From the NCBI GenBank assembly GCA_020891255.1, contig BQFW01000003.1, forward strand, positions 682,001 through 746,000: 64,000 nucleotides of DNA. Reading direction: 5' to 3'. Origin of the DNA: Entomortierella parvispora E1425 (taxonomy: Eukaryota > Fungi > Mortierellomycota). The notes beneath the pieces are model-generated. The model did no database searches and had not been told where the DNA came from. It saw only the letters and a list, made by a program, of their open reading frames with translations. Within the stretch, counting starts at the first letter, position 1; each line of letters begins with the position of its first letter. Shown one piece after another: positions 34,879-47,700 of this stretch. Position numbers and translations under genes: made by a program.

Positions 34879-37413
34879 CTATGCAAGAAGGACGATGGTC
34901 AAGGCCAAAAGGGCCATCATCTTTACAGCAGAGCTCGCGACCTCCTTGGCGGAGTGGCTGTTACCGCTGTTGGTCTTCTTGCTCTCACTGGAGATTTCCT
35001 CGGGTTCGACAGCGGTGGTGTCACTGTCCTCTTCAGTCGGACCATCTTCTTTCGTGATCGAAGAGCCCTGAACAAAGTTCTTGGTCAAAGACTTGTGGAT
35101 CGAAGTCGTCAACTCGTGGTTGGCCGAGTCCGAGTCCATGGACCAGATGCTGACACCTCCAAAGCCATAGTTCTTCAAGTACTCAACCTTGAGCGCGTAG
35201 GTCTCGGGGGTATCATAACCCACCCACTGATCCTCATCGATGACCATGTACATGCACTTTCCGACATTGTCCATCTTGGGCTCCTGAGTGACGGTGCGGT
35301 GGAACTGATCAAACGCGCGCGACTTGACATCCGAGATGTGCAAGTTGTTGGCCAGCTTCTTGGCCTCAAAATACGCCATGGCGCCCTTCTCTTGGCATCC
35401 TTGTTTTCCAGGTCCGCCGGCGGGGGAGCCGGGAGAGGTCTTCTTCTTGTCCTTGAGGGTGAAGGTGACACCGGAGAGGGAAAGACCAAGGTTGAACTTC
35501 TTGGGGTTGACGGTACGGGGAGCCATGGATTTGGCAGCATCGTCCACAGAGTAGCCGTTGTACTTTGTGTGAGCGGCAGTATCGTAGAGAGGAGCAGCGC
35601 AGAAGACCATATCTTCCCATTGACTATTTTTATGGGTTGAAAGTGAATGAGTGAGTATCTTTGAAAACGCGTGTATTTCCTGTATTCATTATTTCTCGAA
35701 CACGTTTCTTCTTACCCATGAAGGTTGTAGGCCATGATGTTGAACCAGTCAACTAAAGAGAGGGAGGATGGAATAGAGGGAATGTATCAATGGCCAAGAA
35801 ATTTAGATCGGTCTCGTTCCTGTTCATCCTCCTAGCTACACGAATGACGTTTGTTCATACCATATTGGGCCAGCTTGGGAACAGTAAAGTATTGACCATG
35901 GTAAGGCCCTCCGGGCAAAGCGATACTGAGGATCAGACGCTCCTGTCCACCCTTGAGTACCTCTGAGTTGGCAGCGTCACGCATCTCCTTCAAGAACGCG
36001 ACAAAGTTTTGGGGGTCATTGTCGTGTCCTCCACGCAGCTTGTCTGATGGGCTAAATAGGGGTGGGTACAGGTTATTACACGTGTAAATCCTAGAAGATA
36101 AACATGGAGCAAAAAGATGATGTTGTCTTACTATTCCCAGTCAAAGTCAAGGCCATCGAATCCATGCTTGCGGACAAAGGTCATTGCCGACTTGATGAAC
36201 TTTTGGCGGTTCGCGGCAGTGGAAACCATCTTTGAGTAATGGGCCATATCCATGTCCCATCCACCTAAAAGAATGTGAAAGGCAAAAAAAAGTGGAAGGC
36301 GAAGAGATACAAGAACGCGTTTAGAAAAATACTTACTTGAATAACGCGACAAAAGATCTGAGGGAACAAAAGACAAGGCATCTAAATTGCTTTACCGACA
36401 GTTACGGCAGTCCTGAGACTTGGCTTCTTGATCTTGAGGTCATTCAACTCTTTGTAGAGCTGAACATCCTCAGGGTGTTGCATCTCCACCACGCCGTCGT
36501 CATTGATCATCACGAACGCAAAGTTGAGATGTGTGTAGAGATCATAGGGCAGCTGTGCAGGGGCGAAAGAAGGATAATCGGGGCAGTCTCCTGCAGTCTA
36601 TCGTAAAGTAGGAACAAGGCAGGGCAAAGTAGAAGACGTCTTTTTTTGTTAGGGTTGTCTGTCTGTACCCTATTTTCGAAAGAACATGCCTGGGGTTGAG
36701 CCTCATCACAGGTTCTAAAGACCAACACACACAAAAAAAAAAAAAAAAAAAAGCGCGCGCAAACACACACGCATGCAAGCGTGCATGCAACAAAGCACGC
36801 CGAACAAATAAAGGGACAAGACGCGTCTCGGATTGACTGGGTGCATAAACACAGATTCCACATTCCCGTCACAAGTCCAGAAAATTCTTGGATTCTTGCT
36901 CGTTGCAAGCTCATTCTCTCTTGCTCTCACTTTTCACCCTTCTCCCATTCACGAAACATGGGTAAAAACAAGGAACATGGGCCGATGGTGGTGGGGACTA
37001 GCTGTTGGACACTGGTGGGCTGTTGGCCCCATGCAAGACCAACGGAGGGATAGACGAAAAGAAAATAGCCGTTTCGAGATAGATCGACAGTTTGTCATCG
37101 ATGTGATCAATGTTAACCGTCCAGCACCCACGCAAAGAATGGCGATCAGTCCTCTCTTGATATATCCCTTGTACCGCTGTCCTCTGTTTTGGGTCAGTGG
37201 ATGATGGAGAGTAGCGCTTTCACAAGAGACATGGTTTGGATGGTATCATGGGAACGGTGTAGATCAAGGGCTGACTGCGCGTGTTATGGCGCAAGGAAGC
37301 AGGGAATCAAAAATGTTTACCTTTCCATAGTACCCAACAACACGCTGGGCCTCTGCGACGAGAATAGACGGAACTACGAGCGCAAGACTCGCAAGAATGA
37401 CTGGTAACCTCAT
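34879..37413 (-). CDS. GH18 chitinase, secreted, probably GPI-anchored
   Basis: Signal peptide [29 protein letters not shown]; YTHLNFAF; catalytic FDGLDFDWE (DxxDxDxE); DWFNIMAY; [29 protein letters not shown]; S/T/E-rich linker and hydrophobic C-terminus ([13 protein letters not shown]). Confidence 0.92.
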
Positions 37414-38411
37414 GATGGGGCTAGTGTATATAACGTGTTTTCTTTCGTAGTGAGAAGAGCGTGTGTCTGCAAGAAAGAAACTGAACGTCCCAATCAGAGT
37501 CTTAGTTTGTGGAGGAAAAGAGAAAGTATGGGTTCCAACAAGGGATGATGTAGAGGAAGACAAGAAAAAGAAGAGACGAAAAAACAAAACGATCGAGATC
37601 ATCATGACTCGATTTATAGGTCGCCAGCCAAGCTCGTCCAGTAGACCAGGCTAGGACCCCGGAAAAAGAACCTTCAGATGAGTACACGCCCAGGAACAGG
37701 CCAATTCACATCTACCCTGAAGGAATGGATGTGTGTAAGCTGTAGAAGGGATAGAACAGGCTGATAAGGGACAAGGGAAGAGGGGAAGGTATCGATCATC
37801 GTTCATCCCGACCTTCAAAGGTCAGAGCGAGAATCCTGAATAAAAATAGTATTCCCGTTTTGCGCTGTTCTGCAGTACTCACGAAAAAAGTATGTTTTTT
37901 ATTCCGATGAACGGTTTCTATCGCGCCCAGCGCGTTTCATCCCCCGTTGGGATTTTGGCGATGACATCGCCAGCGGTTGGCGTTTGGGATGATGCAGGCA
38001 CACACAGCTCCATGGCTCTTGACAGAGAGAGCGAGGTGCGAGTCAGAGTCAGTCGTGTGGGCAGGAATGTATTCGAGCGTTTGCTGGGCTATGACTTGGC
38101 TCTACTTGCGACAAGGAGTGAATTGTGCTGCAGCTCAAGGATTAAGCTGGGGAAGGGATTGATGCAGAAGAGGCTCGAGCATGGCATTGGAGGTAGAAAG
38201 AGGAGAGACGAAAGAGAGGAGAGGAGGGGGGACCAGCGTGGGACCAGGCACCCTCCGCACGCGCCCCATGGCTTGCAATAGGCAGGTAGACAAATAGGGT
38301 TTGTACCCACCCCTGTCGCTCCACGTCCTCGTCCCACCTATTAACATTCGGTTCTTTCCTCATTCATCACTTCTTTCCTCATTCACTCTCTCCCAGTCTC
38401 CCTTCATCATC

Positions 38412-39072
38412 ATGCGCTTCTCTCTCATCGCCATCATCTCCACCCTCGCCATCGCGTCTCAGGTCGCTGCCGAGAAGACCACGCCTACGAAGCTCCAGAT
38501 TGGTACATTCTTGGAATGCTTGTTACTTCGAGATCAACTTTTGGAAGCATTGCTCATCTTCTTTTGGAGAAAGAAAAACCACCAAAAACATATCCCCTGA
38601 CATCCCGTTTCCTTGGTATCTGTGATGATAGGTGTCAAGGCCAGAAACCCTGACCCCAACTGCGTCAAGAGCAAGGATGGCGATTCTTTGTCCATGGATT
38701 ACACTGGCACCCTCTTCACCACTGGCGCCCAGTTTGATTCCTCGATCGGTCGTGGTCCCTTTGACTTTGTCCTCGGTCAGGGACAGGTCATCAAGGGTAA
38801 GCACTTCAATTGACCTTTGCTCTTTTGACTGTGTCCTAGGTCTGCCCTCCCAAGTGCTTTCCGAACTCACGGGATTTCGTTATCTTTTTTCATTGTTAGG
38901 TTGGGACTTGGGACTTCGTGGTATGTGCGTCGGTGAGAAGCGCAAGTTGGTGATCCCCTCCGACTTGGCTTATGGCGATCGTAGCATGGGTGCCTCCATC
39001 CCTGCCAACTCGGCTCTTGTCTTTGAGGTCACCATGCTCGCGATCAACGGTCAGCGCCACGATGAACTGTAA
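38412..39072 (+). CDS. FPR2: ER-resident FKBP-type peptidyl-prolyl isomerase (exons 38412-38502, 38632-38796, 38900-39072)
   Basis: Signal peptide; KLQIGV; [58 protein letters not shown]; C-terminal HDEL. Confidence 0.95.
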
Positions 39073-39136
39073 AAAAAAATATATACCTTTTCCAGGAATA
39101 AATCCCGGCGTTTTCTATTTTCACAAAAGAACATAT

Positions 39137-40309
39137 TTATTTGCAGTACCGATCTGACTTGAGTTTTTCTCTGCGGTCCAAAAGGGCTTCTGAGTAACGA
39201 CCCTCCTGTTTCGCCTTTTTCAACTTGCCAACGTCCTCCTGGGATACCACAACCTTTCCATGATTCCATGTCTGGAACTTGCGACTAGGTTTTTTAAAAG
39301 AAAGACAAGACGAAAGAGGTTAGGAAAAAATGCATTTTGAGTAGATACAACAAAAACGTAGACTGCAGTAGAGTGTCTTCCTTACGTCTGATCAAATTCA
39401 TAGTCCTTGGAAGAAATCTTGGCCTCTGTAGACTTTTTGGCCTTTTTCCTGTACTTTGCCTGGATCTTTGCCTGAAAGACTTCACAGAACCCAATAACAT
39501 CCGAATCAGCTCTGATCTGAAATCCTGCAATGCCTCCTCTTCCAGGGCCTTCACTTGCTACTTCATCCACGCTCAAAAACTTTCCATAATGACTTTGCAA
39601 AGAGATCCCGCCTTCCTCGTCTGGTTTGATAATAGCAGTCCATTCCTCCTGCATGCCGATCGCCTCCGAATCGGCAGAGACGATCCCAAACTTGTCTGAA
39701 CTCAAATATTTGCCATTGAAGGCCTTCAAGGTCAAGCGATCCGAGTCTGGAATCATGGTGACGACGAAAACTTGATGGACGGTGGCGGGTTCCGCAGTCT
39801 CAAATGAGGGGACAGACGTAACAGATCCTGCTCCTTCTGCCAAATCTGAGGAAGGATCAAGGGCTGGTCCCATGACGACTTTGGACTTATCGTCCACCGA
39901 AAGACAGGAAGGTGGATCTGACGAGAATGTGAGAAAGATGGGACCACCGAGATCCGTCAGAGCCTTCACAGGCACCCAGCCTAAACAAGAATAAAAATGT
40001 GAGATCGACGACACTTGATGATCTTTTCCTCTTTTTTTTGTCAGTTGGAATCCTGTCTAAAGCTTACCATCGGCATTGGCGTTGGAGTCGTCCTGAGGTT
40101 TATCGTCCTCGGCTTTTCTCTTCTTCTTCTTGCTAATTGTTCAAAATATCAAGGTGTGAGCACAAAACAAAAAAAAAAAGAACCGCGCAAAAAACTGAAC
40201 AATTCCCGAAACGCCATGCCTTGCATCGCATTGAAACAAATGTCTACCTCTTTGTGCTATCGCCTTTGAAACTAAGCTTTGACTTCCTGACAGTATATTC
40301 GTCTGGCAT
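39137..40309 (-). CDS. FRG1: FRG1-like protein (fascin/beta-trefoil; spliceosome/nucleolar)
   Basis: MPDEYTVRKSKLSFKG + KKKKRK NLS; LTLKAFNGKYLSSDKFGIVSADSEAIGMQEEW; C-terminus EALLDRREKLKSDRYCK*. Confidence 0.92.
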
Positions 40310-40517
40310 GGTGGTGGTAATGGCGGCGGTGGTGGTGTGGTGTTGAGATGTCGAAATGCTCGAATGGAGGAGCAACAAAAAGCTGGCAAGCAGAAGTCGT
40401 CACGTGCCCAAGAGATGCAAGTTTGTGAAGGATTGATGTCTGTTTCTCCCTCCATTTGTCAACACAACAGCAATCACATTTCCCTTCATTACTACGCGGA
40501 GGAGTGCCTACTCTGCA

Positions 40518-42631
40518 ATGACACCCCCAATACTTGCAGACACCATTGGGAGCAGTCAAGGGCCTGATGGCGCAAGTTCACCGAAAAAGCGCAAATCCGA
40601 ATCCGCCCATGCTGCTTCGCCCAGCCACCTCTCCAACATTCCTGCAGCTGATCCGACCGACTCTACCAGACCAAGCACTCGGAATAACAGCTTGAGTTCA
40701 TATTACGAAAGCGAGGACAACGATATGGAGGAGCATGGCAAAAGTCCAGACAGGTTCCATGACGACAAACAGGATACACCAAAAAACCCACTCTCTCATA
40801 GAGCTGCACGCTCGCGCCGATCTTCCAAGAGGACAAAAGTTACCGGAGAGACTACGATACCCAAGCGAGCACTCCATAATGACTTTGATGAAGACACCGA
40901 GTCTTCTCTGGAAGAGGATGATTCAGACCATTCCCCCTTTGGAGATGAGGACATTCAAGATAAGCACTCCCCTTTTGACGACGAGGAGAGTGAACAGAGC
41001 AGCGACTATGACAGTAGTCATGACGACCACCATGAGGAGGAAGAGCTGGAGGATGATATACCCAGTCAAAACAAGACTCGGCCTGGAAAGATAACCCTGC
41101 TGAAAGGAACCACCAAAAGACGGGCATCGGCAGCTGGACTGCAGGACAAAAAGTACAAGTGTGTGTACCCAGGCTGTGACAAGTCGTATACAAAGCCATC
41201 CAGGTTAGCAGAGCACGAGCGTGCACATACTGGCGAGGTAAGCAATCGGCATGACTATTAGGATGAATCGTCAGTGAAGAAAACCACGACACCATGAGAA
41301 CTGATTGTAATTTGCAATATTTAGCGACCATTTATTTGCCATGAACCTGGATGCAACGCAGCTTTTCGACGGGAATCTCATTTTGCGGTACACTGGATTG
41401 GTCATGGCTCTACAAAGGCCTTTACCTGTCCACAGCCAGAATGCGAGAAGGCCTTTTACACAGAGGACAAGTTGATTCGGCATTTGGTTGTTCACGACGA
41501 CGAAATTGCGAGACAATTCCCTGATTCCGATCACGCAGAGGAGATTATCAAGCGGAAACCTTACGTTTGTACCTGGGAGGGTGGTTGCTTCAAGCGATTT
41601 ACAAAACATCAAAAGCTCAAAGCCCATGTGTGCATGGTCCATGAAGGTCGTAAGCCGTACCCATGCACACATGAAAACTGTGACAAGAGTTTTCAGACGC
41701 CAAGCAAGCTTAGAAAGCACGAAATGACGCACAGCCGTAAGAGATATCGCAGCACGATGGGATGATCTCAGCATGGAGCTTGTTTAATATGATGCCTAAT
41801 CTCTTTTTTTCTACTGCATCTAGAGGAGAAAAGGTATGGCTGTGGCGCTGAGGGATGCGGGGCTTTCTTTTCAAAATGGTCACAATTGCAGCAACACACG
41901 AAAATGAACCACAAGTCTCTACCCTGCGCCATCTGTGGGAAACGTGTCCTGAAACGCAATATGGCTGCCCATATCAAGATCCATGACTCTTCCCGACCAG
42001 AAGTCCCATGCCAGCACGAAGGGTGCACCAAAGTCTTCTCAACAGTAAGTTCCTCTCTCGCCTTAGTGGTCCTCTGCACCTTACGTTGGCCAAAAGAATT
42101 CCTAGGCTAACTCAGATTATCACTCTTATTTAGGAACAAACGCTGGCAGCCCATTTGAAGAAAGCACACGCCGAAACTGACAGCAAGGAAAAGCCATTCC
42201 GATGTGATTTTGACGGCTGTGGAAAGTTTTTCGAGTACAAGCATGTCCTGGAACGTCACGTCAACCGTACTCACATCAATCCAGCACCACAAAGAAAAAA
42301 GCGGAGTGACGCGCTCGACATCAGTGCAGTTGACTTGCTTCTTGGCTTGACAGAGGAGGATGCAAGGATCAAATTGCCATTTGCTTGCCCGATACCAGAT
42401 TGTGGAGCTCGATACAGTCGTCAGCATCTATTGGACCGACATCTGGCTAGTCGAGTGCATACGGAGGATGAGTCGTCCATGCAGTTCTTGGAGGAGATGG
42501 GGGATATCGAGGAAGCGACGCGTCTCTACGAAGAGCAGGATATCAAGAATATGATCAATGCGAATTTTAAGGGCTTGTCCTCCTCGCCGACATCGACCAC
42601 CGGGGACGTGGATAAAGGCGGAGACGTGTAA
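40518..42631 (+). CDS. TFIIIA: Transcription factor IIIA-like, 10 C2H2 zinc fingers with an acidic N-terminal extension, 4 exons
   Basis: YKC.YPGCDKSYTKPSRLAEHERAHTGERPF first finger, fingers 2-9 in series, and a separated tenth finger CPIPDCGARYSRQHLLDRH. Introns at 41238, ~41737 and 42046. Confidence 0.8.
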
Positions 42632-44228
42632 ATTATTTAATCCTGTATAAATCTATACCCATATTACCAAAAAAAAAAAAAAAAAAGGTACGATTCTCGA
42701 CGATCGGCAGTAGAAGAAGCCCGCTAATATGGCTGTGGACTTCTGGGGCCGCGATTCCTGGCCCTTATTCTCAGTTCAATCTCAAACACCTTCGATTTAG
42801 AGGATCATAGTCTCGTGATTCTCCCGCGTGGTCCACCGATCTCTCATTACGACTACAAGATTCTTGAAAAAGAAGACAAGTATTGGCGCCATCCCTTTCA
42901 ATCGTCAGAGGCTTTCTGTTGCGTTTGAAGGAGTGATACTCCGCTTGGGTACGATTTTCAATCGGCACTTATGGTGGAAGTATATGACATAGCTGCTCAC
43001 GAGGATCCTAATGTCCAAGAACTGGGACAAATCCCAAGGGTCGGAGGAACTTCCGAGTCGAGAATGATTTACATGATCAGACTCACAAGCTCATGGTGGG
43101 AGCCTTGAAATGATGTGTCCTTGTGACGATGTCGGTCTCGCTAACTGACGGTTGCGGTCTGATAACAAAACATTCTACTGTATCCGTCAGTCTAACGATA
43201 TCACGATTTGTGCAATTCTCAGCAGTCCACGCTTCTTTCAACCACATCACAACGATGCCTGTGACGCTGAGAACTTTATATGGTCCGGCACAAGGTCGCC
43301 TCTTACATCTTCCATGAGCTATACAGAAAGTGGATGATCCAAAAAGAGCTCTAAAAAAATTGGAACTCGTCTCAGCAACACGTTTGAGGAGTCCGTGCGA
43401 TAGATAAATTGAAAGACATGGATGTTAGAACGCGCCTTGTTTCTGCAACCGTCAATCCTTCAGGCTTCGCTTCTGTTTTCCCGTTGATGCCCTTGCTTGG
43501 TCGTGGTTGACTTTTTTTTTTCTTCATTTCTGCTGAGCTACAATCATGTAACGCGATAGGGCTGACGCCCTCCATCGTGACAAAGATCTGGTGCTGGATC
43601 GAGAAGGCGGAGTCCAAAAATAACCGACACGAAAATTTTGGTCGTCGTGCTCCCCCATGCAGGAATGCATGAGCGGCATCACATTCTGGTCACCAACTCG
43701 TTGCTCGCGAAATGAAATCTCTCGCGACGAGTTGAATATCTACCTTCATCGCATTTGTTACTCTGCAGTAAATACGATTGCTTGCAGCAAATACGATGAC
43801 CTGTAGAAAATCTTCTTGTCATCGTAATTGCTGCGTCTCCTGCTCGCTGGTGCGCGTTGAAAAAATCATTCCGTCGTTGGGATCTGCATAACAGTCAAAT
43901 AGAACCAAGTATATGACTGAACTCGCAGGGCTTCTCAGCGGCGAGCTGACTAATCCCAACAATGATCTCGTGAAGAACTCAGTTGAGAACAAGGTTAAGT
44001 CAACTATTTCCGAATGAAGCATCGAATAGCACTGTCTTGAACACAGAGCCTATGAAAACGTCTGTTCTGCTTCAAGATTCCGCTTTCACCTTCACATCAA
44101 ATACTCTCCAGAAATCATAAGTAACATCCAGCATGAAAAGTGTCAGGGACAGACTCTTGGAGGAAAAAAAAGTGATTGTGAAACCCTAGAAAGGTCTTGG
44201 AACGTCTTTGAAATCATAGGAAGGTCCA

Positions 44229-44432
44229 TGGAGGGGCACTGCACAGCATGAGAGATCTAATAGGTAGTCTGTGGAAGGGATAGCCCGTCATTAGAAATCT
44301 AATGACCGCTCTGGAGGGGACTAGCCCGCCATTAGAAATCTAACGACAGCTTGTGGAGGGGGATAGACCGTCATTAGAAATCTAATGAACGCTTGTGGAG
44401 GGGTAACTGCACGAGTGAAAGCCTGGAGGGGC
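44229..44432. repeat. ~42-bp minisatellite with an internal palindrome and TGGAGGGG boxes
   Basis: TGGA(G/A)GGG at 44229, 44272, 44312, 44354, 44396 and 44424. GTCATTAG-AAAT-CTAATGAC at 44287, with variants at 44328 and 44370. Confidence 0.85.
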
Positions 44433-44718
44433 AGCGTTCTTGATATTATCCGGAGAGCACCCATTCTGCATAGCATTTTACTAGCCCCAATAGTTCATGA
44501 AGACAAGAGGTTCACGAGGGAAACTGCGTCTGCTGTCGCGCTTGGCTGGACTGCAACGTAGCGGCCATTTGACACGAAATTGGCATTGCGCACGTGACGC
44601 GAATGAACAGAATGCATGCATGCACAAGGACTTGTCTTCTCTCATTGTTTCGCAAGATCCCTTTCCTTACGCCCTATCAGACAATAACCCTTTCGCTCCA
44701 ACGGCCTGCTACACACTC

Positions 44719-47700
44719 ATGGACGACTTTGAGAACTTTGAGTTCATTGACTACACGACCTCGGGGCCATGGGAGCGATTCATCACGCAGATTGAGGACA
44801 CGCTTCGAACCTGGGGCCTCGTTGACCGGAGTCTTGGCCTCTTGGATCCGGCCCTTTTGTCACAGTCAAGTACGAACCCATCCAAAGGAAGGGGGAAGCA
44901 CTCCAAGGACACAGAGCATGGTTCCCAACCACATCCAGGGCCTGATCAGACTGAAGCTTCAAAGCCTAGCAACCACTCCTCGCAAAAGAAGAGCCCTGTC
45001 TATCACCTTCGGGAAATGATCAGCTTGGATGATGCCCCCTACACGCTCTCTTACCAGTACCATCCAGGCGGGACCAAAATGGCAGCAGGAGATGAGCGGA
45101 TCGACCCTAACTTCCTGCCTACGTTGCTGGATGGCGTCCAGCACCACAAACTTCACCGCTGGACAGGGCTCACACATATCCTCACTCTCACGCCAGTGAC
45201 CATCTCGGATATTTTTGCGTCGTCTGTATCCTCGGCGGCATCGGCCATTATCGACCTAAGCAGCGCTAAACTGCTGTTGTCATCGTTTGCAATTGCCTTT
45301 CAGAATACAGGATGCAAAGTTCCCGTGTTTGTGCCCACAGGTCAGCCTTGGAACTTGACGTTTACAGGACTTGGCATTCTTCCTCAGGCTCCACTTCTTA
45401 CTCCAGTAGTGCAAGACGAAGAAGAGGAAGGAGAGGATGAGGCACTCGAAGTACGATACAACACTGTGTTGGTCCCGCACCCTCCGTTACAATATACGAA
45501 TCTAGGCGGGATCATGGATCTTTTTATTGAGAGGATGGGTCTGGAAGACATGGATCCAGCAAGATCACCAGGAGTACATGGCCAGATCATCAAGGAGCGG
45601 ATCAAGGTCTCAGCCATGTTCAACTATGGTCTAGTAAACTGGTACGATGAGGACTGGCGACGATGGAAGGAGGATGACGAAGAAGAACGTCAGGACGTCG
45701 CTGACTCGACAGAGAAGCTGCAGGACTCGGATATGCCGTTCAAGACGGACGAGGACGAGAAGCAGACTGATTTAGACGCTAGCATGAACATGCAAAATAT
45801 CAAGACTGAGGAACACACATCAACCACATTACCTCTACCAACCTTGCCCTTCGGGCCTGTCCAGGATCCGCTGCGGTCAATGCGCCTCTCTGCAAGATTC
45901 TGTAAGTGGGAATTTTGAAGATTAGTGACATGATCACATCTTGGGAGTAAGGACAAAACAGACAAGGTCCTGACCGTTCCCTGTGATTACGATTAGCTTC
46001 AGCTCCAAGTACAATGTATTTGGATAGCCAGAGTTTGACTGACATGGATGCAAGCCACGCAAACTATTGGCTGTTGAACGCAACTTTCAAGGAGGATGAC
46101 TATGGCATCCTGAGTGGGATTCTGGAGGATGCAGTTGCTTCATGGAGCACGGAAACTTCCCGAAGTGTAGGCAGTGATCGAAAATCAAACAGGGACCAAA
46201 ACTATGGATCCTTACTTCACAAAGGAGCGCGCTTGATTCAAGGAACGATCACAATGGTGGACGCAGTCGACGTGGAGAATATTGTGGATGCGCTCTTTGA
46301 CCCAGTACCACGGAGCCAAAGCCCAGCGGGCGAACAAAAGTCAAAGGAGAAAGCCGAGCACCCCACAATCCGCCTTGTGCCTACGTCTGAATTGAGCTTG
46401 CATTTCCGACACGCGACTGCAATCCCATACGACTCTTTTCTGTGGCGCATGGTCCAGTACCTTGTGGATGTCATCTCACCAAACTCGGAAATCTCTTATG
46501 CAACATCACTCATGGGCTTTATGAAAGTTCTTTGGTCAGAGTTACTCAAGAAGTTTTATCTGCACTGGGAAAACAGCGAGTTGATTCCCCTAGTGGATAT
46601 CTTTGGAGATGGTCAACGCGATAAGGACGGCGCTTCGTCGGACGATTCAGATCAGGAGAGGAAACCCATCGCCATTGATTTGAGGTATAATCTGCTGCAT
46701 CAAAAGCTATCGATGCTCAACTGTTGCATTGCACGACAGATTGCAAGAAACAAGGACACTGCAGGACAGGTGCATTCAATAACAACAACAACGAAGCGCA
46801 GAAAACAGAAATCCGTCGATTCAGATCTCTCTCTTGAACAACTTCAGATACCGTCAGACACAACCTCTCTGGAACCATCATATGGAGCACAATTTCAAAA
46901 TCTACTTCATGGACTCTCCGACATGCCTCGACCCAGGTCAGCAGATGTCGTCCCCATGGCGAAGCGGATTCTGGAGACGGTCAAGACGAAAGGCGTAGTC
47001 GGGGCCGCCAGCTCTCATATGCGATCAGCTCGCAACTCTATGCTTTCTCCGCCACCGCCGCCGCCACCCGAGTTGTCCACATCCTCACCTATGCAGTCAG
47101 GATCATCCTCATCAAAATCAGCTTCAAGAACGGCGCCAAGCTCTCCTACAGCCTCCATGCCTATACCCCGAGGATCGAACAGACCTCTTCGCAAACGGAG
47201 AAGTAGCAGCTACCAACTGAGCGGCCATCACCCCCGCCCATCAAAGTCTTCAGTCGATAACTGTTTGGAAAGCGATGGAGATGACGACGAGGATGTGTTT
47301 TATGATCCAATGGAAACGAGTGAGGCTCTATTAGACGAATCCGAGCTCGTGTCGAGAAGAGGGGCGCATTCTTTGACAGAATCCTTTGTGGCTCTAAAGT
47401 ACTCTTCCAGCGCAGACTCACAATCCGGCGTAATGGTACACGACTTGGATCAGACTTCTGTGACAGCCACAGGTCCGGATCCGAGAGAGGTTGCCGACGA
47501 GACACAAAGCGAAGGTGGTGTCAAGCCACTTAAGGATTTGAAGTTGCTAGAAACAGGAAAGCCATTGCTGATCCCGAAATTGCAGGTATGAAATCATTGA
47601 AGGATAGGATTCAAAGGTGACAGGGCCTTTCATTAACCCCTGATGTTTTGTATTTGACAGGAACCTGGTTATATGACCGAAGATATGATCCAACAACAGG

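Noticed and set aside
34954-35640. 228-aa plus-strand ORF
   Set aside because: Antisense shadow of the chitinase last exon.
42632-44200. Short ORFs in the TFIIIA-RAB3GAP1 gap
   Set aside because: All under 90 aa with no recognisable homology or splice-consistent extension.
44229-44432. Helitron 3' end or CRISPR interpretation of the hairpin repeat
   Set aside because: The hairpin is AT-rich with no following CTRR terminus, the inter-hairpin sequence is repeated rather than unique, and no transposase is nearby.
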